From positions 4,881,607-4,945,606 of the forward strand of contig JBNZDD010013730.1 of the NCBI GenBank assembly GCA_050575255.1: a stretch of DNA of 64,000 nt, given 5' to 3'. Shown one piece after another: positions 26,101-40,094 of this stretch. This stretch comes from Harriotta raleighana (Eukaryota). The translations under genes and the position numbers were made by a program. How positions within the stretch are numbered: the stretch's first letter is position 1; each line of letters opens with the position of its first letter. The notes under the pieces are model-generated. The model searched no databases, was not told the origin of the DNA, and worked only from the letters and a program-made list of their open reading frames with translations.

Positions 26101-29100
26101 TGCGGACTGCCTCATTTGAGGTTATTGCAAACAGTTGGAAGAGAGTTGCAGAAAATCAAGATTATAGGTAATTTTTTCATTACAATATCATTAATTACGA
26201 AATTATAAAATATAAAATTATGGGTAATTTGTGCATTACCCATCATTCTAAACGCCTATAATAGTGGCACTGAAATTGTTTTGGGTTAAGATATTTGTTT
26301 TTACATTATGAAAGCACAGAGTTAAATTAGCCGCACTTAAGGGTGAAATCTTAGTGGATTGATGTTTAGCCCATCCGTGCAGTTTAGGAAAAGGTTTTAC
26401 GGTTTGAATCACACGGTGAACGCGGCAAGAAAAGGTAGAAACTACGGAAAATGGTCTCACTTTGTTTCCCAAATCTAGGCGCTGGTTTCTGGATGCACTT
26501 CCCGCAGCAGGAACAGCTGACACCCTGAGATTGCTCAAACGCAAAATTCAAAGTTCGGAAATCAAAATCGTTGAAGCAGCTCAGGCTTTGCTTCTTGCAA
26601 TGCAACAACTCAAAGCCGACCGACAGAGTGTGCCTATAGCTAAAGTGAGTATGGACCAGAATCTAGGCTGATACTCTAATGCATGGCTGGGGCGTGCTCA
26701 ATGGTCAGAGGTGTCAGATGAGAAAAGTGAAGATTAATCTCCTCTGTGTGTCTTCCGTATAGGAACTCCTCGCCGTCGATCAAATAAGACAATCTCCCAT
26801 CCTTCGCAAAATTGTACTTCTTGGATATGGTTCTGTGGTGTACAGATTCTGTGCAGAGCGACAATCCTGCCCCGAAGATGTCCTGCAGGTAACATGATGC
26901 AGTTTAATAATGTGAGAAATTATCTGTATTACTGTTTATGGTTTGTACAAATGTCTCACAGAGGGTTTTTTTCCGTTCCAGCCACTCCATGATCTGCTTG
27001 CCGATGCTGGCAGTCGTTCCCACGAACAAGAGATTGTTCTTGGCCTCAAAGCAGTCGGTAATGCTGGACAGTCAACAAGCTTAAAACGTATTCAGAAATT
27101 CTTGCCTGGCTTTGGCAGTGCTGCAGTCAATCTCCCACTAAAGGTTCAGGTTGACGCTGTAGCTTCGCTGCGTAACATTGCAAGGAGAGATCCACGAAAG
27201 GCAAGACAAGCATTCCTCTTATTTCAGTTTTTTTAAAAAAAATGATTTGACTAAACTCATTTCCTTAAAGTTCAACGAGCTCACTTAAAATGCTTAATGA
27301 CATTTGCTTGAATGTAAACACTACAAGTTCTAGAAGTACAGAAGTCCTGTGGCTTAGTGGTTAGAGCACTCGCCTTACAAGCATGAGGCCTGTGTTCGAA
27401 TCCAGACAGATTTGGGCGAAACCATGGGCGAGTTTCCTTCCTCCACATGCCTAATAATAATCCCTCCAAAAAAACCACAATAATAAAAAAAATTGGTCAT
27501 TTCAATCTATGACTGTTTGTGGGACGCTGCTGTGCGCAATTGGCTGCCGCATTCCGCCTACAAATATACAGTCAATTCACTTTAAGGTATATTCTGTGAA
27601 GCGCTTTGGGATGTCGATAAGATGTGAAAAGCGCTATATCAAATGCAAGGTTTATTATATTATTATTATAACTACCTATTAAACGGTGCTTGGATCCCTG
27701 TAAATCTACTTTATTTTCCTTTTGTGACAGGTACAAGATATTACCATCGAGATATTCATGAACAGAAAGAATCACCCTGAAGTACGAATGGTGGCTTGCG
27801 TTGTGTTGTTTTCTACCAAACCCAGTTTAGCTTTAGTGACAGCAGTAGCTGATTCACTGCTGAAGGAGACCAGCTTACAGGTTGCCAGCTTCACCTATTC
27901 GCATATGAAAGCTCTGTCCAGAAGCTCGCTGCCAGGAATCGCGACATTGTAAGTGCACCCAATAACTTCACATGAAATGGATTGATTCCCTGTGCGAAAT
28001 CCATCGTCCTGTTAACTCAGCATTTACCAGCATGGAATCTGTATTGATAATCTCACCATTGCTCACGTTAACAGGGCTGCTTCCTGCAATATAGCTGTCA
28101 AACTCCTGAGCCCCAGACTGGACCGTCTCAGTCTCCGATACAGCAAGGTTTTCCACATTGATCTGTTTAGATGTAAGTTTTGTCCCAGAAATTTTTTAAA
28201 GGAAAGGTTTCTAACTGCAGTGCACATATCTACATGTTTAGAAGAGGCACCAGAGAGCAAACTTCCTGCATAATCCTTTAAAAATTGGAATAGGCCAACT
28301 GTACACACTTGACCAAATCATACGAACTTGTCTCAAATGATATAATTCCCTTGTTTTCTTGTCCACCACAACTTGCTTCCATCCTGTATACCTTGTAAAT
28401 AATTAGAAAATGTGTATTTTATATTGCAATATGCGTAACTCTATTTACTATTTACTAAACATTTTAATTTAAATTAATCTAATTTCAACCCAAAAGCCAC
28501 AAGTTTGGCTCAAATATGAATGTACGACTGAACATAGCGCACAATTAGTTATTTAACGGATGAGATGAACTTTTGTGGATAAATAACTTACTTTTGTTAA
28601 AATGTTAAACGAACCAGCCAATTCACTGTAGCTTTCTGATTTAGATAATCTAATGACTGGAGCATCTGCTAGATTTCTTCTGTTAAACAATGCTGGCAGC
28701 ACCATCCCGTCAGCCTTATTAGGCAAAATCCGAGGTCATGGTCTTGGGAGCTCAATGGATCTTGTGGAGGTAACAATACATTTGTACGTTGGGAGGAAGG
28801 AGCTGGACAGTCAGGGATTTGGACCCGAGCTGGGGGTTGGGATTGAGGAGGGCATGGAGGGTAAGAGGGTGGCCAGAGAAGCGTTTTGAGACCTAATTAT
28901 TAAATGTATTGTAGTATTTGTTCTAAAATAGACAAAGCAAGACCACTCCGTTCTTAAATAATCAGTATCAGTGTCTATTCATCATGCCCAAACCAAAAAA
29001 AATAGAAATTATGAGGTTGAACAACCTGAGGTCATTTTAAATTCATAAACCACTCCTTCAAGTAATTCAGTAACAGATGGACCTTAAACTTCTCAATGGA

Positions 29101-32100
29101 TTTCCCATCAACATGGAGTTATTCCTTTGTTTTTATCCCCACAGGTTGGCATACGCGCAGAGGGTCTTCAGGAGGCTCTGATGATCAATCGTGTCCCCCT
29201 CAGCAAGAGGACGAACTCAGAACAGATGCTACGTATTTTGAAAACGGTAAGAATGATTTAGTAACATTACTGGTTAACAACACTGTGGTAGACTTTTTTT
29301 TTGGACACATTAGCCTATTTAAACGTACTTTGCATTCACTCATGATCAATTTAATGTTTCAGCTTTCTGGGTGGAAAGCCTTTCATGAAGAAGTACCTTT
29401 GCTGTCGGCGTACATCAGATTGTTTGGTCAAGAGCTAGGTTTTGCTGAAATCAGGAGGGATGACATTCAGCAAGCCATTCAGGTACCAGAACACTATCCT
29501 GAAATCATACATATGAATTCTGTGCAGTCATCGATTCTAACATTCTTATTACACCCTTTTGCGCAGACACTCAGCACTTCACCACAAAACCAATTCAAGA
29601 GAACCATGGAACAGCTATCAAGGGGGATGAAAGTACGTCCAGCTAAAGCATTGCTAGCCGCTGAGGTTCGACGTGTTATACCAACAGGCCTCGGTTTGCC
29701 CATGGAAGTGTCCTTCATTTCTTCTGCTGTTGCATTGGCCAAAATAAATGGTAAGGGTTTGCAATGCTGTTTCTAATTCCAAATTCCTTTCCCGAAGGGC
29801 CACAAACATATTATTTTCTTTTTGGCTTGAGAGAGATGATCCAGGTGAACTCGCATACAGGCAGGACCACAAGATTTAACGTGATTTACATGCAGTACGA
29901 GTTAGCGGAAAACGGTCACTTAAGTAGGATCAGGTGACTTAATATGACTTGTGTGTAGAAAGCTTGTTTCAAAAGCAGCAGTGGGCAAGTAGGACTTCAT
30001 CAACATAGCTGCTAAATACGGTAGTGGCAACACAAGTTAGGAGATGATATGCAAAGGATTCAGGATTATTAAGAACCAAGAAGCTGCTTTGACATAGTCC
30101 GTTATCGAACTTGTAAAATTTGATAAGTGCAAAGAAGAAATCATAATGATTTTTAGAAGGGAAATGAACAGGACTTAGGTACATGTACGACTTAGGCGAT
30201 TATATGATTTATAATGAGACTACTTATACGAGTCTACCCGTACAACATTTACTACTCCCTGAGAGACACATGGACATCCCTCAGTTTTCTACCATAACCC
30301 CACTCCATCTGACCCTTCTTTTCAAAACCCTCCACTCCTCTGCACCCCCCTACCTCTCTGACCTCTCTCCTCAAACCAGCACCCGTTGCCTTCGCTTCAC
30401 GGGTCTGGCCTCCACCGTATCCCCCGAATCCTCCGCACCACCCCCGGCGGCCATGCCTTCAGCCACTATGCCCCGAGGCTCTAGAGCTCCCTTCCTCACT
30501 CCATTTGCCTCTCTTCCCAGTTTCAGGTCCCAGCTAAAGACCGTCTCTTCAACCGTGCCTTTGGTCACCTTTCTACCCCTGCCCCTGGCTCGGTCCCGGG
30601 ATCCGTTGTTGTGAGACACCGTCTGGCTTGGACAGTGCTATATAAATCAAAGTTGTTGTTGTTGTTGAGGTGGTGCAGCTTGTCACGAGCTGGTCTAAAT
30701 TCAAGTCCAATACCATATAAACCAAGAACACTATCATTTCAACTTGTTGGAACTGGTATAACAGTACAAAACATAGAGGAACATGTGTCTTTAGTTCTCT
30801 ATCATCAGATACGCTGCAGGAAACTATGTACAGTAATTGGAACTCTCTCTTCCCTCAAACAGTTCAAGTACAGAGTTCTTCTGCTTCTTCTCCCATCACC
30901 AAAATTTCTCAACTGCTAAGTTCCACCATTCAGATATCAAGTACAATTAACCCAAGGTATTAATTTTACAATATTTCTTTAAAAAAAACTTTAAATAATG
31001 CCAATTCAATTCTGCTGGTAAAAATTATTAGTCTGTTTTGGGATTTAAATTTTCTCACCCATAACAGGCATTTTACTCATTAAAACTCGTGCAATTCATT
31101 TTTTTTCTGTCTCTTTTTGTTTTTACACACAGTTTGGCCATTGTCACCAAAGCAGTCATGGGCATTAACACACCATTCATGCAAGCGGGGATGGAATTGC
31201 AAGCAAAAGTCAATATAAAGCAACCAATAAATATACTTGCAAGGATCAATGTAAAAGAGCAAAATCTTAAGATTGAGAGCAAACCATCTGCAGAGGAACG
31301 TCGAATCGTATCTCTTAAGTAAATACTACCATTTTCCTACTTTCATCTGTAACCAAATGATCTGAATTTTCTCATTGATGTCTAACACAATATTGGACTT
31401 GTAGTTCTCAGGTTTTTGTTACTTCTATAAATATTGAGGATTTGTCTTCTGCAAAGTGGACCCCAATTTTACCTTCAGGAAATGTACCCAACTTGATGGG
31501 ACAAGACTTCAGATCGACACGTAGCAGCTTATCAGCAGGCTACCGTCAAGCCATTGTAAGTGACTTTGATTTATTACTAAGTGAGTCTTTGGCAACTTGG
31601 AATTCCTGTGCATAACATCAGATATAACACTATACGGCTCTAACAATACGCTTACTCAAATGTGAGCCAAATATGCCAAGAATGTCCAAGACCAATCACT
31701 AGCATCACATTATGCAGATTATAAGAATTGGTGACTTAACTCAAACTCAACTGTAGAGTCACTACTTTTTCCCCCCACAATTTGTGTGACAGGGAAAGCT
31801 CCAGCGATATTAAACTGCCTGGCATGATAATAAAAAATAGTCAGTCTTTACACTTACAATCGATTGTTTGTTTCTTTGCAGCCGCAGTTGTCTCCAGGAA
31901 TAATATCTCAGGAAACATCATCCTCTGAAGAACAGCAGTGGATTCCACGTGCCTCTACATATCACACCTGTGCTATGACAACCAAATTTGGACTAAAAGT
32001 TTGTTTGGATGCTAGAATGAAAAGCTCTGTCTTCATCAAAAATTGCCTATTGTACCGTCTCATTGGTGAACATACTGTTAATGTAACCGTCAAACCAGGT

Positions 32101-33739
32101 AAAGAGATTAAATAACCCGGCCAAAGGCCATTTATTGTTGTCTACAACAATATATTGTTTGATAGTGAAAGGCCAATCAATGCCAGTCTTTGTGAATGTA
32201 TACATTTAAATCCTTCCGCCACAGTGATGATTGAACAGTAACTCCTCTAAAAGGCTCGGGAAACAATAACCTGTTCGGATCTTATTGGAGACTGTTTTAT
32301 TCTGAAGGAGTTCCCGAGGATGAAGAAACAATCATTAGCAGCATACTTATAGTTGTTACATAATAGCAATGATTGTCACTACGATTATACGTAGTAGGAA
32401 ATGTAGGAATCAGTTGAGTGACGAACTTCTGCATCTTTGACTTAGGCCAAGGATACTTGGGTACCAAAGACTTTTCTTGAATTACAACCCTAATAACACC
32501 ACTTCGGTTGAGAGGATCTCTCACAGCAGTAAAATTACGATTGTGCTGTGAAACTGTGAGATAGGTAATAGAAACTGTGATTGTCCCTGGGTTTCCCATT
32601 ACTGGCATTTCCCCAGATAATCCGTGATATCTGTCCCTGAACAACCGTGACCAAATTCTCTGTTATTTCACAGTACGAGGTAGAAGACAGCAAAGGTTTC
32701 ACTTTCAGCAAATAGACATGTTGATTCTTAGATACTAAAGGGGGCAAGAACATATAGATTATGTTTCAACTGGCCTAGAATAGTAAATCAGAGGACACAG
32801 CCTTTGGTCTTTTTCCATCTCGTATTTCTCGCGTTCTTATGTTATGTTCGATGGCAATATATGATTCATAGCAAACCTTTTCTTTCCAGTTCACTCAGAG
32901 TCAGAAATTGAAAGAATTGTGCTTGAAATACAGACAGGCTCAAAAGCAATTTCAAAAAGAATTCGATTGACAGACCAGGACGACCAACAAAGTGAAACAA
33001 TTCAGGAAGGAGTTCTTATGAGGCGCACGGAGGTATTAAGTTTATCTTCTGTGTTTCTGACACATTCAGTGACATTTTTAACACCATATCAATTTAAGGC
33101 AACCATGCGCCAAAGGAATAATATTCACTGAAGGCCAAAGGAGAGGAAGAGTTGGCATTAGGTGTTTTCTGTGCTATATTTGGATTATCGTTGCTGGGTG
33201 AAACTAACGTGTCTCTTAAAAGAATAGAGATCTCCGGAACATTGAATCACATTTCTACCTTACACCCAAAACTAGGTCTATAATTTAGTGGGATTTATGC
33301 CTCCTTTAGTTCATATCAGACAGAAAGAGTTAATCCTCTCACACCCTTGTGACTTGGTGAATGAAGTCAGAAAGAGTTCCAGATCCTCTTTTCCCTCTGA
33401 GCTCTGCAGTGGGGAACAGTTGTAGCTAAACTACTTATAATAATAAATAATCATAATATTCTTTACATTTGATATGGTGTTTTATCACACCTCCGCTTCG
33501 TCTCAAAGCGCGTTACAGAATACACTGTAAAGTGAATTGGCTGTATGTTTTGTGGGTAAAACTTGATGCTATTTGATTTATAGAGCAGAAGAAGAATTTC
33601 CTCTTTGAGCAGCAATTCCAGAAGATCATACCACTTTACTGGAAGTGAACGCCGATCGAGCAGACGTTCGCCTGATAGAATGCGTGGAACTTCCCCAGAT
33701 GATCAGGGACTTGAAGGAAGAAGTAACAGGTTACAGAGT

Positions 33740-33771
<32 letters not shown>

Positions 33772-36700
33772 CAGACTAATATCATCTAGTAAAGACAGAT
33801 CCAGTGACAGGCGCAGATCCAGTGACAGGCGCAGATCCAGTGACAGGCGCAGATCCAGTGACAGACGGGGATCCAGTGACAGACGGGGATCCAGTGACAG
33901 ACGGGGATCCAGTGACAGACGAGGATCCGATGACAGACGAGGATCCAATGACAGACGCGATTCCAGTGACAGACGAGGATCCAGTGACAGACGCGATTCC
34001 AGTGACAGACGAGGATCCAATGACAGACGGGGATCAAGTGACAGACGAGGATCCAGTGACAGACGGGGATCAAGTGACAGACGAGGATCCAGTGACAGAC
34101 GAAGATCATCCAGGAGGATGGAGGTAATTAATCATACTGCAACTACACCTGGCATTTATATAGCGCCCTACACGCGGATTAGCGTCGCGGAGCACGTCAC
34201 GGCAGTTGAGTCTGATAACAAGTTAGGGGGAGAGACAGTGGGGAGGTGACCGAACAAAAAAGGTTGGTCTTTATGCGTGAAGGAGGATGCAAGGCGGAGG
34301 GATTGAGAGAAAGTGTCCCAGGGATTTGGGGAGTAGTGGCTTCTTCAATCATGGTTAAAATGATTAGTTTCTATGAAGTTAGCAATCTGGTGCCAGCAAA
34401 TGCAGTATCCGGTNAGTAGTGGCTTCTTCAATCATGGTTAAAATGATTAGTTTCTATGAAGTTAGCAATCTGGTGCCAGCAAATGCAGTATTATAGAGAG
34501 GTTGTAAACAATTGCAAACAATACATATTTATGCATTGACAGTTACAGTGATTTCCATGGAAATGATGTGCAAATGATAACTGAAAATGATTTTTTTTCT
34601 TTTTGAATTAAATCTCAAGAGTGCAGAGATTTTAATGCTTCAGTTCAGGTCAACACGTCGCAGTGAGGTAAGATCACATTCTGTTTTGACACCTTGGCCT
34701 GATTTAAAACCTAGTAATTGGGTAAACTTCACACCTGGATAGCATTGACAATGGTCAGCCATCAGCACAAACAATAATAAAATTGCTTACTTCAAGCCAC
34801 AACTGTTTGTGGGTCACTGGTATGTGCAATTGACTGCCACATTTCGTCCAAAAATATACAGTCAATTCACTTTACAGTATATTCTGCGAAGTGCTTTGAG
34901 ACATATAGAAGACATGAAAAGTGCTATGTCAAATACAAAGATTTTCATCATCATTATTATTCATCATCTACTATTTAGAGTTAATGCATGAATCGAAAGA
35001 TGAAAAAATGCCAACTACTGTATTCTTTATCCCTATTAACATTTTACTAAAATAGATGCTGTATAATTGAGATATTATATATATATAGAGTAAAAGCCCG
35101 TTTATCCAGCATCCGTGGGACCTGGCCAATGCCGGTTAAAAGGGCTTTTATTGTGTGTGTGTATATATATATATATATACTTCACAGCATAACAATGCAT
35201 AACTTTACTTCTGAACTGTTTAGCTCTCAAGCACAAGAATGGAACTGAGAAGCAATCCAATCTCAAAGCGAACAACAGGGAGCAGCTCATCAATTCTTGA
35301 ATCATCTCGCCAGGTTTGTCTTTTGCTCAACAGTAAAGTTCCAGATGCTTGAGAACTTAGACGAGCTCCAGTCCAATTAATCACTTTGAAATCTATTTCT
35401 TTGTAACCCTAGGGCGAGCTCATCAGGAGCGCAGGTTCCCCAATTCTCACCATCCTTCTTCGAGCCGTAAGGATTGACAGGAAACAGCAAGGCTATCAGA
35501 TCACTGGATATGCAGAGGTTTCAGATCGTCAACCCAGAGTTCACTTGCGTGTGGTGGAACTGGCCGAAGACAGCAGGTGGAAGATCTGTGCTGATGGTAT
35601 CATGCCTCACGGACATAAAGCAATGGTAATAGACAATTCTACTGTAGCTACTCAAATCTACATCAAGTATATTTTTCATTATTCAGTGAAAATAACCTTA
35701 TCAAAAATGTTCTTTAGGTATTATTGAGATGGGGTCAAAACTGCCAGGACTATAAAGTGTCTGCTCAAGCATCATTTGGTCAACTTGCAAGAAATCCAGC
35801 ACTTATGGTCAAAGTTCAATGGTCCAGGATTCCTGATTGGCTGAAATCAAGTGGCAGAATGTAAGCTTTAAAATCACACATTTATTTTGCTTTAATGTGC
35901 ACCTTCTATGTCGTAGAAAGCGACGTGTTTACTGATGCTTGTTATCTGGGTTCAGGGTTGGAGAATCATTACCAGGAATTGCCTACCTGTCAGGAATGTC
36001 CCAAAGATATCAAAGTAATCCTTCTCGTCAGATCACAGTTTTGTTTGCCCTAACAACACCACGGACTATCGATACCATCATTAAAGTTTACAAGGTAGTG
36101 CAATCTGTGTCTCCCACTTCTCTTGCATTTGAAGCGATTGTTATTCTTGTCATATTTCTTTGCTTTGAGAACTGGTGTTTTTTATGCAGAAATAACACAG
36201 AGCATTTCCTCCTCTTTCAGATGACAGCCTACTATCTGGGCGCTCAAATTCCTTTAGCCATTCCCGTCAGTGCAATTGCTCCACGAATAAAAGCCAGAGG
36301 ATTCAAAAGCATCACCGAAATTCCTGACATGCTTCTGACAGTGAACCAACGTAACTATTATTTCTACTCTTGGCTTGACAACTTAGCAAACTTGATTGAT
36401 TTATTGAGTTCCCTTTTGTGGCTTTAGTTTCAAATCATTGAAATCCTGAATGTGAGTTGAAACTTTAGTGTTACAGTAAAATCCTGTAAAGAAAGCCCTT
36501 GGGAGGTTTCAATGTAAGGATTATTATTATTATTCCCAAAACGTTATGTTCCGTAATCTATTTTTTTGTTGCAGATGAATGTTTGGCGGAACCAGGAAAA
36601 GTTCGGACATTTGACAATCAGATCTTAAAATATCAGATTCCTAATGATTGTAACTATGTGCTGACCCAAGACTGTTCTAGTGTACCAAGATTTATTATAT

Positions 36701-39139
36701 TAATGAAACGTGCTAAGGATCAAACAAGGAAGTCGATAAAACTTATCCTATCAAATCCCAGCATGTGAGTACCATCAGAAGTGATTGTCTTACTCTTCTA
36801 TACTGTTCAGTAAAACAGTTTATACTGTTTACAAGTTTAATGCAAAAGCCCAGAATATTTGACTGATTCATTAGAATATAAATGAATGTTGGCCGAGAGC
36901 ATGGAGAATGATGAATCAAAGCCAACATTTTTGAAAGGCATTATCACTGTCTAGTATCTTGAGGATGTTGATCCCTTAGACTGAGAACTTAAAATATTGT
37001 TGCAGTTACCTGAGATCTTTGGGTAGTAGGTCAGTGCTTGAATGTATTAATGCAAGTTGGAGATCATTGTCTTAAAGTAGACACCAACTGTAAATACACA
37101 GAAATGAAACATAGATAGTACCCTATTCATTAAGTATCCCGTGCTTTACTACAGGCTGTGTTTTTTCTCTCTCTCTCCAGTTTTGTGTATAAAACCCACC
37201 ATAAAAGCTGGAGAAAGTAGATCACACAATGCTGTATCTACTATCTATGCCTTCCCTGAAATTTATAGTTTGTTGAATAGAATTTGTGGTTTTGTTTCAA
37301 AAACAGGGTCATTGAGGCATATCCAGAAGGTCAAGATATTAAAGTTAAAATCGACAATGTGGAACGTCCAATCAGTTCCCTACCAAGAATTGAACAAGGT
37401 GAGTGACAAACAAATTTTACAGAGGGTAAAACAGTACCCTCTGTAAAACAGTAGCAATAAATATTTGGCTTGTGGAACCACACAATTTAATTGAGCTCCA
37501 CTCCAAACTGGTGAAAGGTTAACTTACCTTACAAGTTAAAAAGGTTAACTTACCTTATCATTGCCATTTACCATGTCACACAATTTAATTCTAGACTTAA
37601 ACATTTTCTAGGATCATGGTTAATAATGTATGTTTTTAGGGATTGTCGTGAGCTAAACAAAAATACAGTTTGTTTCCGCTACATAAGTGCAACCTTGTCA
37701 ATCTCTTTGTAGGTTTTATACTCATCCTCATATTCACGGTCTTGCCCCTGCCTATCTCTCTGACCTGCTGACTCCCTATCAGCCTACCCGTCCCCTCCGT
37801 TCAGCAGACTCTGGCCTGCTCTGTGTCCACTGTCCTAACTGCCCTACCATCAGTGGCCAGGCTTTCAGCCTCTCTGCTCTCACACTATGGAACACCATCC
37901 CGCAATCCCTTCGCCTCACCTCTTCCCTTTCCTCCTTCAAGATCTGTCTCAAGACCTTCCTCTTCGACCGTGACTTCTCCTTCCCTCCTAATTCTTCCCC
38001 TTCTCCTCCTCTCCTTCCCCCTACTCCGATCACCCACCTGCTCGGTCTCGACCTGATTGTTCAGCATCTTGGGATGTCCTCCCAACGTGAAAGACACTCT
38101 AGAAATGTAATTTTGTTGTTGTTGTACCATAAGGGCCTCAAAACTGTTCCTTCTTGTTTTAGGTGTTGTCCAAATTCAATCAAATGGCACTGGAATTCTT
38201 CTGATAGCAACTGCAATGAATTTGGACTTAGTATACTTTGATGGAAACAAAGTGCAGGTATCTGACTGATTGATGAGAAACTTCTTCAAATGGATTTTTT
38301 GGGTATTGTAGTTGAATTGCACCAATACATTTTTTTTTAAACTGTGTTTTAAGGTTGTAGTGAACCAGATGAACAAGCGGACATGTGGTATTTGTGGACG
38401 TAACGACGGGGAGAGAAAGATGATCTTGCCAAATCACAACCAAACTCAAAGCGTTGACGTCTTCTTCCAATCGTGGTTATGTTCAGGAACCACCTGCCAG
38501 GATGGTAGGGGAATCGCAATCACCAATTAAATCATGCTGCGTCACTAAAGAAAAGGAAAAAAACAGCTCTTTGTAAAACAATGCATTTTCTTTCATTCCA
38601 GAGTGCAAGGTTCGACAGGAATTTGTGGAAGTAGATTCATCACTGAGTTTTGAAGGCAGGGAATCCAGGTGCTCTCCAATTGAATTAGTTCAACGCTGTC
38701 TCCCTGGATGCGCACCAACGGAAAGGGTTCCAGTCAGTGTTGCTTTCCATTGTGTACCCTCCAGTAAGTTTTTCTTAGATACTTTTTACACACTGTATTC
38801 TTTTTGAAGTTGCTCCCTTTGTGAAACTAAATTCATTCCATTAAATTCTTCTGTTAAAATAACAGTAAATAAGAAAGAAAACTTACAACGGCTGCTGGTA
38901 AAAACAAATTAATCTGGTGATGAATATTATAAATGTCACTAAATGTAAACTCATTGAAGAATTCATGGTTTGTGTCACATAGACTGAAATATTCTTATGC
39001 AAAATATTACTATCTGACCACGATTCAAATCATTAACTAAGCATATATTGATCTCTCAACAGATCCTTCTATGAGCGATCTGCTGAGTTTTGATGTACGA
39101 CGCTCTGTGGATTCCCACAGCGACTGTATTGAAGAATAA
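23136..39139 (+). CDS. vtg: Vitellogenin paralog B: 35 exons, complete (LvH-phosvitin-LvL-beta'/vWD-Ct)
   Basis: Signal peptide MRGIIFVLALALVG (exon 1 23136-23175, exon 2 23305-23325, exon 3 23425-23591). Exons are colinear with VtgA. Phosvitin-region exons 33584-34123, 34620-34667 and 35224-35313; vWD TCGICG exon 38354-38504; last exon 39063-39139 ends VDSHSDCIEE*. TTTAAAA TATA-like box at 23090-23096. Confidence 0.93.
27345..27670 (+). mobile_element. Full-length tRNA-derived SINE in VtgB intron 11
   Basis: tggcttagtggttagagca...gttcgaatcc...ctgtgcgcaattggctgccgc...aaagcgctatatcaaatgcaagg followed by a (tta)n tail. Confidence 0.85.
30300..30667 (+). mobile_element. L2-type LINE 3' fragment
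   Basis: FKTLHSSAPPYLSDL-type RT C-terminal remnant, pyrimidine-rich 3' region and (gtt)n tail. Confidence 0.65.
33584..34123 (+). CDS. vtg: Main phosvitin exon of VtgB (180 aa: poly-Ser plus SSDRRG repeats)
   Basis: tttatag acceptor, phase 0/0, GAG|gtaatt donor. SRRRISSLSS...Q(S)11RLISSSKDR(SSDRRx)17SSRRME. Confidence 0.9.
33800..34105 (+). repeat. Coding 18 bp minisatellite, 17 units (consensus TCCAGTGACAGACGAGGA)
   Basis: Counted from the translation: SSDRRR x3, SSDRRG x4, SDDRRG, SNDRRD, SSDRRG, SSDRRD, SSDRRG, SNDRRG, SSDRRG x3, SSDRRR. Confidence 0.95.
35088..35153. mobile_element. ~65 bp palindromic mini-MITE related to the 41278-41968 element
   Basis: gtaaaagcccgtttatcc...ggacctggccaatg...ggttaaaagggctttta, flanked by (TA)n and (TG)n(TA)n. 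Confidence 0.5.
37730..38125 (+). mobile_element. L2-type LINE 3' fragment
   Basis: IHGLAPAYLSDLLTPYQPTRPLRSADSGLL...AFSLSALTLWNTIPQSLRL...FKICLKTFLF, typical L2 ORF2 C-terminus, plus a (ttg)n tail. Confidence 0.8.
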
Positions 39140-39326
39140 GGACATTCATCTACATTCTTCTGCACTAAGAATACACAATGTACACTGTAGCTTGGCGATA
39201 CTTGTGCCTTAAATGTAATATTTGTGATGCTATTGCTAATTTTTGAAAATGGACTACGGGTCTCGTAATAAGTCAGATTAACTGTCCATTTACTTCAGTA
39301 TTCTGTAATGTTCATTAATGTTTTCT

Positions 39327-39332
39327 AATAAA
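39327..39332 (+). terminator. Polyadenylation signal of VtgB
   Basis: AATAAA about 190 nt after the stop codon. Confidence 0.7.
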
Positions 39333-40094
39333 GTCTTCTCTCAGCAAGTTGAAATACCAAAGATTATTTGTCAATTATTTACATACATAAGAATAAAATC
39401 GGGCAGATAGAAACAGAACAAGAAGAATCACTTGAAATCTCGACTGGTCTAAAGTAGTTACAATGACATGTAACATTGATCAGCATAACCTATTTGAAAT
39501 TTCAATTCTGATTTCATTTCACATAGAATTTTGGGGGGCGTTTTTGAAAGAATGAACCAAACACGGGCGTAAGGAAGAATCATACAGTAACAATTTGGGT
39601 AGAGGACACCATTGCTCAATCTAACCTACCTATCCAACCTTTCAAAGGATTACATGTTTCGTTTGTTTTTAAACATATTTTTTTTAAATTCTGATTAGTT
39701 TCAAGTTAGGAGTTTCAAGTATTGTCATCATTGAAAATATTAATACTCTCATATAGATGTGAGATATCTCCTGAAAGTGTGAAGGTAATTGCATCGTCCA
39801 ACAGTTCACTTAAACAAAATTGGTTTGGATGATGAAGGCTTTTCGGCCCATTTGATCATCAGTTCTTGCTAAACATCTACCCCCACAGTCCTCTCAAAAC
39901 AGCATCAAGCTGCATGTTTTGATGAGTGAGTCCAGTGTCCTGGGCACAACCACTTCTCGGTAACCTGTTCCAGTCATTAATTACCCCCTGAGAAAAGATA
40001 ACATCTTGTGTCTGTGCTGAAGTTGTCCTTTACGATTCTTTAAACCCATGTCTTGCTGTTCTACTGACTTTAGTGCATTCTAAAGTGTTATGGA

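Noticed and set aside
33800-34105. Regularly spaced repeats as a CRISPR-like array
   Set aside because: Contiguous tandem units with no unique spacers, inside a vertebrate coding exon.
33703-34127. Alternative-frame and antisense repetitive ORFs (DPRLSL, VCHWIL and DPVTDG repeats)
   Set aside because: By-products of the stop-free 18 bp minisatellite. Only the Ser/Arg frame fits the splice phases of VtgB.
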